Positions 44,901-56,900 of a stretch of DNA of 64,000 nucleotides are shown here, piece by piece. Source of the DNA: Laetmonice hystrix (taxonomy: Eukaryota); the NCBI GenBank assembly GCA_965235115.1, contig OZ249452.1:13516001-13580000 (forward strand), written 5' to 3'. Numbering within the stretch: the stretch's first letter is position 1; every line of letters starts with the position of its first letter. A program made the translations under genes and the position numbers. Under the pieces are notes generated by a model. That model was not told the origin of the DNA. It saw only the letters and a program-made list of their open reading frames with translations, and did not search any database.

Positions 44901-47900
44901 CAGTTGCTATGGTTACCTTTTAATATCTTTTACTTCCCGACTAAATAAGATTTAGCCATTTTATTATTATTTTTATTTATTTTGAAAATGACTACAGAGA
45001 CTTGGCCTTTTTCTTTTTGCAGTTCTAATTATTTTCCTAATCTTTTATTAAAGAGAGAACATTTCTATGTAAAGTATATCATGTGTATCTTCTTTATTTA
45101 CTTCGTTTTTTTTTTAGCTTTGTGAGATTAGTCCTTTGAACCCCCCTTCTTGATGAAATCCTCACGAAAAATGATTGGAAACATAAAAGTTATCGCTCTT
45201 CTAGGACCCAAGCTAACTCTTACTCCCAACCCTGATCACAAGTCCACCCAGGAAACCCGCCCCTGCCTCTTCCCCTGTCCCTGCCCCTGTCCCTGTCCCT
45301 ACCCCTGCCCCTGTCCCTGTCCCTGCCCCTACCCCTGTCCCTGTCCCTGGCCCTGATCCGAAATTCCTTGAGGATTCATAGTTAAAATCTACCTTTTCGT
45401 CTGCAGTATTGATCCCAGAGACTTAGCCTGTGTTATCTTTGATTGCAGTCTTGGTTTTCTCCTCGAATTCAACCCCGTCTCAGCTGGAGCAGAGATTGGT
45501 ACCCCGGAATCACCACCCAGATAAAGATATCTTCTGCCTGGGTGTCATATCCATGGTCAGCATTGCAGAAAATATTTTATCTCCAATCTATACAAACTAA
45601 GGCATGGTATGAAACTAATGGACCGTGCTATGTCACTAAACAACATGGAGGAATTGTCTTAAATTCCCATGGATAATTTTAAGTTTCACTGTTTAAATTA
45701 AATAGATAATAAAAGTTAATGCGTTTTGAATGAAATTGAAACTCGAATCTGGTGGTAAATCACCTTTGTCGTGACTACAGGAGGATCAAACTGGCATGGT
45801 GAAGACGGTAGAAAGCCTCATCTTTGCCGGGCATAGCGATGGGACAGTAAGTAGGGTTGACTTGACATTCTCTAGGATCAGGGTTCATGAAGGTCAAGGT
45901 TTATAAAGGTCAGGGAACACATGGGTCAAAGTTTCGAGGATCCTAGCAAATATTGGAGGACTGATACAACTTCTTTGCCCGTTTTCAAATCTGTAAGCAC
46001 ACAGGAGAAAAAAGAAGAAACAGAATGAAATATTAATTCTTTTTATAAGTTTTCAGTCGTCCCCCCCCCCCCCCGAGCCTGGAGAACACTGGTCAGACGA
46101 TCATAATAGTATACTTTGATATACAATGATATATATTTTGGATTGGGCAGGTATCCCTTCTGCAGGCCACCAGCAGGTCAATGCGAACCCCAGTCCAAGC
46201 CCACTGTGGGAAAATAACGCTCCTCACTACGTCACACGGTATCTGTTCCCATGGTGATCCCGTCATAGGCCGGGCCGACAGACTGGTGTCGTCAGGAGAT
46301 GATGCGAAAATAAAAATCTGGGCAGTTCAAGATTTGTCCGCAGGGGGCGCTGTTAGTCTTGTCAACCTGAAAACGGTAGGTGGCGCTCTTGTCTGACAAG
46401 TCTAGTGATTCTTCTTTTAACGGTATTGTGAGGGATTTATGAGATAAATGTAAGAGAAATAGGGCCTACCTTTTTTGATCCTGTCTTAAAACCCTAGGCT
46501 ACAGTGAATCCAGTTAGACTATCGAAAGCCCCCATGTCATTTATAAAACTCTGGTGGCGTTCCACATAATTCCATTTGGATCATATTCTCTCCCTCATAC
46601 CTCAGGTTTGCGTTGCGGGGGTCCCTACCAATGTTGCCATGATGGCCAACGTGCTGGCCTTCTCCCTAGAAACTGAAGGGTGGGTCAACCCTTTTTGTTT
46701 ATATGATTCTTAACAAGTTTGTTCGAGTCAAACTGAAACGACACCACTAATAAAGTCAGCGGCAAATAAAGAAAAGAAAATCACAAAATTGTAAATGACA
46801 GTTGTTGGTGATGATTGTTTCAGCGAGTTGTACATGTATTCCTTGGAGGACGGCACGGACTATGGCAGAAACTATGGAATGGTGGAAATACGACATGAAC
46901 CTGAAGATGACCACACAGGCCGGGTGAGACATTTTATTTCTATCCGGAATCCAGGGAGATTTAAACCATAATCTCTCGCGGAGACATGTAAAGGGGTGCA
47001 TACAGGATGGCAGGTTCTTAGTTAAACCGACAGGCGTCGCCACCAGTCTTACTGTGGGATTCACTGATTTAAAGCATGTGCGAAAAATCAAAAATTTGAA
47101 ATATTGCACGAAATTTCTTGTAAAATTTCTTGAGATATTACGAACTGTATCAGTTTGAAGTATGAGGTTTCAAGGGATTATTTTAATCTATCTTTTTCAA
47201 GACAGGTGTAATTGTTAAAGTGGTCATCAAAGGGCAAACCAGCAACCTTACCGCAGTACAACTAATTAAGACCATCTTTCAGTGTAGGTTCCCCAACATA
47301 TTGGTGTTTATATAATTTTATATACCGGTATTTTATTTTATTATTTTTTTCCAGCTAACCGGTCTCGACTGCTGCCCTCAGCTCAGATTATTCGCCTCAT
47401 CAGGGGAGGATGGAATGCTCAAGGTAAGTTTACTCCACCGTAACCTTAGTCACGGACACTTTGGTCATTGCCCCTTCCGTTCACCTTATGCCCATCTACC
47501 CGTTATCCGCTGACGTGAAGTTCTAAAAATCCTGGACACACATCCCCCATCATTTTAAATAAAAAAAAATTACTTGTATAATTATTAAAATACATTTTTT
47601 TTTGCATGGTTGTATTTTGCGATGATTCCTTACTGACCCCTAGGTGTGGGACTGCGAGGGGTTCCTACTTCGGGAAGTGTCCTTCAGTGAAGGTTTGCAG
47701 TCACTCTGCTTCGCTAACCCCACAGGGGACATCTTATTTGGCTACAAACGTCACATCTTGTAAGTTAACTTTCTCTTGTAATGCCAAGTAGATCATAAAT
47801 CCCACTTAAATTTAGATTTGACTGTGTCCTAAACTGTGCTTATATTATATATGGTTAATGATATTAATTTGGAAGATCAGATAGGATCAGAGGAACCCTT

Positions 47901-50900
47901 AAGTGGCCTCTCATTGGTGGACAGTTCACCTGATGATTTACGTCATGCGCACTGCGTTCACGATTGAGATACACGGAAATATGCAGAAAATTCATGACAC
48001 AAGCGTTCCTATATATCAAACAGGCTAATTCGAATTTATATTTAGAAGTAACACGGGTCATAGCGATGAGTAGACCTAAACCACACAGCTGGACTTGGAG
48101 AACTACCAGAAAGACCGGGCATGTTTCGGATTTAGTCCCAGATGTGAACGGAAAGTTATAGTCAAGGAAACGTGGATAAAATAACCAAATTGCCATGGGA
48201 GGAGACAACCCGCAACCCCATATAGAAACCGAACAAGGCTTGCCATTGGTTTTGGGTTTGATGTGTGTATTTGGGTGTGGGTAGGCGTGGATGTAAACCG
48301 CCAGGCAAACACGCCGACGTGCCGCTCTCTAGTCATCTCTAAATCTCAAGTACTCTTGAGGTGGTCTTGAACTTTGGCCTTATAAAGCTGATCTCTAGGG
48401 CCGACTGATTAACTCGCTTTACTCGTAATCCTGGTGCTGTTTATATGACACTGAATTTGACCAGTTGCCTGGCATGGACACCTTCTTCATGGTCAGAATC
48501 ACCTGACCAGGGATCAGGGACACACGGGTGACATACACAGTAAGATGTAAAATGTGGATGTACTGGGTAACGGATTACGTCAAACTTTAGGACGGTAAGG
48601 TATCCTAAAATAATACTTCTGTAACGTCTTGTTTGTTCAGATTTGAATTGGTATCAGTATATTTTCTTTATTTTTTTCTCCAAAGTTCACTTCGGATTTC
48701 CACATATTTGCCGGCGGAGTTTCTCGAAGGACTTCTGCAAAGGGAGTTTGAGGTAAGTTCATTGAAACTACACTAGAGTGAATCCACTAATTAACTATAT
48801 CTTTAGTGAGCTGTTTTCTGGCCTTGTCTTCACTTTTACCGTTTACTTTTTTTCTTTACTTTTTTCCCTATTTCTCTTCACATTTGTCTCAGACTTCTTT
48901 CAACCTTATACTCCATATTGTGTTTACATCTTGGACTGTACTTTCTCTTGGTCCATTTTTATTGATCCCCTGATAAGTTCACTGGCACATTTTTAAATGT
49001 ACATGTCTCGTTTATCATTTATGTTTCCTGTTCATGTCCTATAAGAGTTCATATTCCCGGTCCACTGAGTAACACGTGCCCTGTGTTAACTCTCGAGTAC
49101 GGGAGTAGTACTAGTGGACCAGATTAACGGCTTTGATTGCCAATCATTCCTGCTATGATTAGCTCTCCGTAATCCGCTGTGAGGCCGACTGATTAGTTTA
49201 TAACTCAATTAGTATGGCTTAATATCCTTCTTGGAATCCTTCTAACAATTACTATAATATTAGTACTCTGTATTCCCAATATCAGAGAGCAACATGGAAG
49301 GGGATTTCTGTTACTCATGAACACAGGAAAGGTTCTGTTCTGCACCTAAAAAAGAGCTTGAAATTATGAAGTTTAGCTCACACAAGAGCTTTTTTTTTGT
49401 TTCCGTGAAACATATGGATTGTACGTTTGACGGTATGGACCAGATCATCTGTATTGTAGACAGGTATAATATACTGGGTATAGTCATCTGCCTTGTATAA
49501 TTTAGATACATTAATCCCCCACTTACCTGTCCTATATTCCCTAGCGCATAATATTTCAAATTTCGAACAGCTCAGCATGTCCTATTCAAAATGTGACAGA
49601 TACATGACCTGGTGTTGATAGGGCTGTTCTGTTATCGGTTGTTACCCCCGACCAATGGACTACCTTTTCGGACTTAGACAATTTTCGTCCACTTCGGGAA
49701 TAGGACAGGTAAGTGGGGGATTAAGGAGTCACAGGGTCTGTGATTATTTTGATATTGTGACAGGTACCCTTGTCAAAAGTCGGGAATGGCAGTTTAATGA
49801 CCCTCTAAAGACCGACAAGATCAAAGAGTTCTCAATGCTACCTCTGATAACAACCCTCTTATAAATTTTAATTGGCTTAGATTATACACTTAAGTAGGTT
49901 ATTGGCTGACAAAATAATTGGAGTGTGCAACCTTATAGATTTATTTTATAATCGTAAATAATTAGTTTACTTTCATTATCATTATCATCGTAATATTTAA
50001 GACATAGAATATTTTAAGGATTTATAAATATTATTTATATTAATCTTCCTGGATATCCTCTTTGTAATGTCATTGAACTACGGATGTGTGGTCAGTGCGG
50101 TGTTTATTACCAAGGGTACCGTAATATAAGAGCCATGTGTTACTGAATATACATGATTGTTGCAGTGTGTTCTGTTCTGGGTATGTCATGAAATTGCCCC
50201 ATTCGCCATTTAAACTCGATTCGCTGTCGGATAATGTTCCGGACAGCGGCCACGGGGACGGTTGATTCCTTGTGAATTTTGCTATGTTTTCAGGAATAGA
50301 GTTCTTTTTAGTTTCGCCTTTTAGCCGGTTTATGCCTGCCATTTGATTAAATCCCATTTGTCCCTGGAGGATACACTTTTCCAATCACAGTAAATTACCA
50401 GTAGGTATCCTTCATACCTGCTTTAAATAAAAGTAGAGATTTCAAAGTCCACACGGCGTCAGGGCTGTAGGTACTGCGCAGAGGGCGAACTATGAGATTA
50501 ACTGACCTTTGGCCGGAATGGGCAGTCTCTGTGTGTGAATATTCATGAGGGAGGCAGGCTGACGGATCGGACCGAGGTACAGAGAACCGCCGGGACAGGT
50601 GGGGAGTTTACCTGGGAGGTTGTTGTACCTGAGAACTGGAATCAGTGTTGGTGTGGCTTAGGTAGGGATCTTCTTTGATGTGGCATAGAGAGGGATGTCG
50701 TGTTGATGTGGCACAGAGAGCTGTTGATGTCCTGTTGATGTGGCATTGGAGGCGGTGACGTGAGATGTCTTTTTGACAATTTCTGATGTACTCATGAGTT
50801 CCGTGTTCTGATGGCGTGGCTCAGGTAGGGAGATTTGCTATTATGACATCAGTAGGCCTACTTGCTGGGATTATTTGTGATTGAGTTTCGAACTCAGTCA

Positions 50901-53900
50901 TCATCAGCGAATATTCGCAGAAGAGCCCCCCCCCCCCCCCCTATTAACCTTTGACCTGCCTGATAACTTAGGTCGCAGCATAGTCTACGAAATCATCAGA
51001 TCCTTTTCTCTCCGGATCAGAGCCAAAGTCCTTTACTATTGAGATTCTGTCCGGTTCGTTTTGAGACATCGTGTATTGGTTATTATTAAATGGCTGGATT
51101 CCTTACTTCGTGTTATAAAACGGTCAACTAGATCCAGGCAATGTGTAGAGGGCGTCTCCGCCTCGAGATGGTCGGCATGGTGATATGTATACAGAGATCT
51201 GAGGCTCGAATTACGGCAGCAGGGTGATTACATAGTCACACAGCAGCATGATCGGCTAGTTTGTGAAAGCCATAGTATTTTGACTACAAAAGTCTGTGTC
51301 CTCCAGTTTGCATACTAAGGACAGAGAAAAAGGCGCATGCTTGCATCGGATACAGATCTATGCATCTTCATAATAAGTTGATAATAAGTTTACTTTGCTA
51401 AAAAATACTTTAATTCTAATTTTATCTCTCATCACCCATTTTCTCTATTTTTTTTGAGACCTGTTAATTTTTTTTATTTTGTACAGGATGAGGTGAGAGA
51501 AATACCGAAGGAATTCGATCACACAATTCAGCTCAGGTACCAAAAAACTATTCATCTCTAAGTTCGCGACTACTTTGGTGATAATTCGTTTAACTTCTTT
51601 CCAAATGCGTTTAGAAAAATCTACACCGCATGTAAAAAGGTTAATTCCCTCCTTTTGTCAAAACATCGTCTGATCTTATGACGTCATCGTTGTTCAGGTT
51701 TGACTATGCTGACGTGAAGGTGTACCCCCTTGACCTTGGAGAGCGGAGACTCGTGCAGGCTCATGAGGCGGCCAAGGTTACGACCCAGGCTGTCACTGAG
51801 ACAGCTGAGGACCAGTGGCGCCCTCTTGAGGCTGTGGACAGTCCACCTCACAGACGGCGTTGGAGTCGTTTGGAAACGTTCAACTTTCATTATCAGTGCC
51901 TTAAGAGTAAGCCCTCATTTATATACTAATTAATTTATTAATTAATTATTTATTGATTTGTATATAAGGGGATGCAGAGAATATAATACCCCAGTTAGTA
52001 GATTAATATTTGACGTTCCCACCCTGCTCTAGTGACCTTGATATAACGGTGGGGTATAACATACTGGTTCTGCCAATAGTACAAACTAGAAGCTAGGCGT
52101 TTAATGATTTGCACTGTCCACTGCTAGCTCTCGTAAACAGACTTCCAAAAGCAGTCCCCAGTCTTCAGGAATCTGACCTCGAGGGGTCACTTACAGAAAC
52201 ACAAGGTCAGGGTCATATTTACATATTATGGGGATCTAAGGGTATATTGAAGTGCTAGTCCATATAAAAAAAATCGGGATGACCTTAATTTCTTATTTTC
52301 TCCTTTGTATTGAATTATGTATCCTGTCTAGGACGCGATTTTTGGCGACGTCTTCATTAAGATAATGCCAATAATGAAGCAGTATCTGAGTAAAGTTTGT
52401 ATTATATAAACAGAAGTAGCTGAACCAGGACAGGAGATGCCCCTTCTTGCAGAGATTATGCCACTAGGTGGCGCCCTTGAGGATAGGAAGACAGAGGCAG
52501 GAAAACGCAAACGATTCTATCCCATTGCTCCCGATGGTAAGTCAGTCAGTTTCATTGGAAACCTCTACTGCCTTCCCATTTCTAAGATTATTACAATAAG
52601 ACCCGTCTTTTTTTGCAAATGATGGGAAAAAAGTATTTTGATATATCCCCGATGATTTCGACCCCAAGGGTATATTCCGAACTCGGTGGTGAGGAAAGCC
52701 CTGAACTTCAAACCGCCGCCAGATGTCAGGACACTCGACACTTGGAAACTGAAACCGGTATGACGTCATAAAACATTACCTTAAGGAAATGTGAAATGTG
52801 AGAGAGAGAAAAAAAATGTACAGTATTTCTGTATGAAATGCTACTGATACATGTAGCAGAAGAAGACTCTAACTATCACTTTAATTTCTGCCTGGTATAT
52901 GTGTTGTCACATAACGTCATCAACCTTGCTTTTCGATATATCTGTCTCTTCTATGTGCCACAGATACCTAAGCAACGGAAAACTGGCATTAAAAAGAAGG
53001 AAGAAAAGGAAGACGTGGAGGGAGAAGAGGAGAAGGAGGAGGAAGAACAGGATGATTTCTGGGAACCAAGGCCAAGGTCAACTCGTTCATCTGCAACAAC
53101 CAAACAGGTCCTCACATTATACTGTAGTATTGTGTCTTTTCTGTCTTGGCGCTCACACTTAGAATAAAACAGGACACCGCAGCTTGTGAACAACCTCTAC
53201 CTACAGTAACTCCAAAATTTACGCTTTCTTCATTTGAACAGTCACTTCGTATTATAACGACTGTGAGAATTTGTCACATCTATGTCACAGACATTTTACA
53301 TTTTGTTACTTTCAGTCCCGTGTATCATCAGGTAGGCCTAAAGTAGAGGAATTGACACAACCACCAGAAGTTATAAGTCAACCGAGTCATGTGGACAGAG
53401 CAACCACGAAACCAAAACCAGGTAAGTTGTCGGTTAGTTATATTCTTATTTATTCTCCATGAAAATCCACTCTTCTTCATCGGATATTTAAATGCAAACT
53501 GCGGAAGTAAAATCATTTGGATGACATATATCTCTGTATTTAAATGGCGCTAAAATGTATATTTCCCATACATACGGTTATATTAATTCCTGAAAAATTG
53601 GAGTATCTTATACCGCTACTCTTCAATAAAGGTTGTGAGTATCGATTCATCTAAATATATCGTAATATAAGTAACAGGTTCAGTCCTATGAATGTATCAT
53701 AAATAATCTTTAAATAACTGGAAGCAGATGAAGTTCTTACACCACCGGAAAGTCCTATTCCATCATCTCCGGCGGAAAGACAAGTTCCTAGTGTACCGTC
53801 GCCAGGTAACCGGCGTGGTAACCATAACAACTGTGATGTGATTGGCTAACTTTCTCACCTGTTTTGTTTAGTCCCCAAGTAAAGCTGATGGTTTCATTTA

Positions 53901-56900
53901 AAATCTTTATATATAAGATTATGTGGAAGGACTCTTTGTTTTCTGAACTTCGTTTTGGTTGACATCTTCTCTTTCACTAACAGTGCCCTTTCAGTTTTCC
54001 TTTTCCTCGTGTGCACTTTTTAAACCAAAATCCACTTTTAATAATCATTTTGCCATGGGTAGGCTATTCTTTTGAATTCATTATAATTAGCTGATTTTCT
54101 CAGAAAAGTTGCTGCTTCCGTGAAAATGGTTTAATCTACTTTACAAATCGAACCCTAATTTGTATGCGTTTAAGGTATTTTGTCGAAAAAGAAGAAACAT
54201 TTCATCATGTATAGGTTGGAAATGAATGTATAATTGTATTCGCCTTATAGCATAGTTCCTTACCGTACTCTGTAGGAACTTGAACCATCATGGTATTCTA
54301 TCCAATGTATTTATAAAATACTTGATAAAGTTAAAAAAATGGGTCAATTTTTTCTCTCTTAAAGTTAAATTAGGTCCCGCTGAGAAAGGTATATTTGAGA
54401 AACCACGCGGGCCTGAGGTGGGCCGTGGTGGCTTCAAGTCAGGTCAGCGGTCATTCGGGCCTCCAACCAGGGGTAAGAAGGCTCCCATGAAAGGTGATTT
54501 CTCTATCGAAGAGGTGAGTGTTTTAAGTGATCGAAAATTTTGTGGAAATTACCCGGTAGCTTCTTTACGAGGTGGACTCATAACGGGCGTCAATTGTAAT
54601 GTATTTTGGTACAATATGTACAATTAGAAAATCCAGCAAACATTCCATCACGCCCCCCGCCCGCCCCCACCAGTGAACCTTTCAGGCTGATTTTCTTACT
54701 GTTGACATTTTGATGTAAGTTTATAAATCCAGTTTCATTTCATCACCAGGATGAGGAAGACGATACTCACTGGTTGATTAAAAAGATCACAGCCGAGCCA
54801 TGGTTCCCGAAGAAAGTTCCCCGACAAGTTGGAAGTATCGTTAGTTCCTTCCTGGTCTTCCTGAGTAACGTCGACAATAAAATCCATACCCAGATCTGTG
54901 ACTACATCATCCAGATTCACAAGTACGGGCCATCTTGGAGTTTTTTAATTTTTAAGTGGTTTCTATATTTGAAGTGTAAACGTTGTGTGCACAATGTGAT
55001 AACGGTTCTTTTTAACATAAACGTAATATAAACGTAGCATTTAAAGTTTATGGTATTGATGTGCCTTGTATAGGTCTCGAATATCATTGCTGTACCGTTT
55101 CATGCCAGTAGCCCCACGACATGCGTGCCCCCTGGAGATTTTTCGCCCCCCCCTGGGTTGGGTCTAATTTTTGGCCTGCTGTGTTACAGGGAAAGTATTT
55201 TATGTGTGAGGAAACGTATTGTCTGAAGTGAGCAGTATAATGTTCAGAATGAGTCATCCTGGACTCGATAAATGTTTGATTTTGGATCATGAGGAATGGT
55301 CCAAAATCAAACATTTATCGAGGCTGATTAATAGTCTGCTAGTTGCTATCCCCATACGAGTAAGGTTTGTACAATATTACTTTCTGTCTCCGTGTCAGTG
55401 ACCCCGAACTAGGCTACACCTCTGCTCAGCTAAACAAGCTCATAACCAAGCTGACGGAGCAGCTCAAGCACAGTAACGCCATCTACCGGCAGAATGCCGT
55501 CCGGACGCTGGGAGAACTGGGAGCCTCAGATCTGAACACCGTCATCGAGATCGTCCCTCTTCTTCTGGACGATAATGTAAGTTAGTGGCAGTATTATAGG
55601 GACATGTTGTGCAAGTGTTTCACGATACAAGTCATATTGTAAAAAAAAAACCAAAAAAAACATACAAGTGATATCATCAAGGGTGGTTTCACCCTTTTTA
55701 TGATGCTGGGTGACTGGCTTATAGAAAGAATAAAGTATTTCGTTTTTTTTTGTTGTTTTTTAAAGAATATAATTTAATGCGTCAGCATTCAGATTAGGCT
55801 TAATGCTTAACATTTAAGCATTATTCAGTGAATTCCTTTGCAGGTAAAAACTGTAATATCAAGAAAAAAGTAATTTGTTTTCTCCATATTTCCAATGTCA
55901 TAAATACAGCAATAGTTCAAGTAGTGATTAGAATTGCACTGTAATAGGATGTCCCGTCCTTGATCAAATAAAAAAAATGCGATAATGATAGCAATCATGT
56001 ATGACCATGCGATCAATCAGGACCAGCACGAGGTGGAGAAAGTTCACCTGACGCCCACAGAGTCGCCACTGGTACAGCGACAAGTGGCTGTTATAAATAT
56101 GGGAGCCGACATGTTGGACCAGGTTAGATCAGGAGTGACTAACCTGTGTGACTTTGTAATCAGACATTACTAGAATTATACAGTCTTATAAACTATAGAT
56201 TTCTTAAATTGGGAAATGGGCCTATGTCTCGGTATAAACAATCACATCCCAAAAATAGTATAGGCCCATAGACACAATGCAATATTATATTGAAGAAATA
56301 ATGTCGCCTAATATAGTTAATCGTACTGACATTATGTACATAACATATTTCTAAATAGTAGACTCTGCACATACCAGATTTGGGTCTAGTAAATCTAAAA
56401 TGCAAAGCTGTGATCAGAATATCAATTTTCTCCCCAATTAAACCAATTAACACCCAGAACTCTGGGACGGGCGACGGTCCATACGACGTCAAACGTAACG
56501 TCATGAAATCCTCACGTCGCGCGAGGCCCGCAGCAAAACCGTCGAGCCAATCAAATACGAGCTTACAATCCAACCAATCAGCGACCAGGAGGCGGTCAGT
56601 GATCTCGGCCGCCAAACCTGACCTTATGAACGCTGACCTCCTGACCCCTGACCCCGTGATGAATGTAGAGGACAGCCATAGGCTCGCGTCTGGCTGTGAT
56701 GTTGAAATAGAGGAGAGAATTAGACCGCAGACCAGACCACCCACACGGGGGTCTGATGGCTCTCCTAGCCACCAGGGGGTGAGTCCGTGTGGTCTTGACG
56801 GGTTTCCCCATTCTAACACACGGGCGTGGTCGTTAACATCTAACATTCGCACGAAGGTGGTTGCATATGAACTTGAAGTCATACCAGAATTTATACATTT

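Noticed and set aside
45150-45356. Cys-Pro repeat protein
   Set aside because: Translation of an intronic hexamer microsatellite.
53173-53262. Additional WD40-gene exon (DTAACEQPLP...)
   Set aside because: In frame, but it would need flanking introns of only ~65 and ~53 nt, and the model is phase-consistent without it. Left unresolved.
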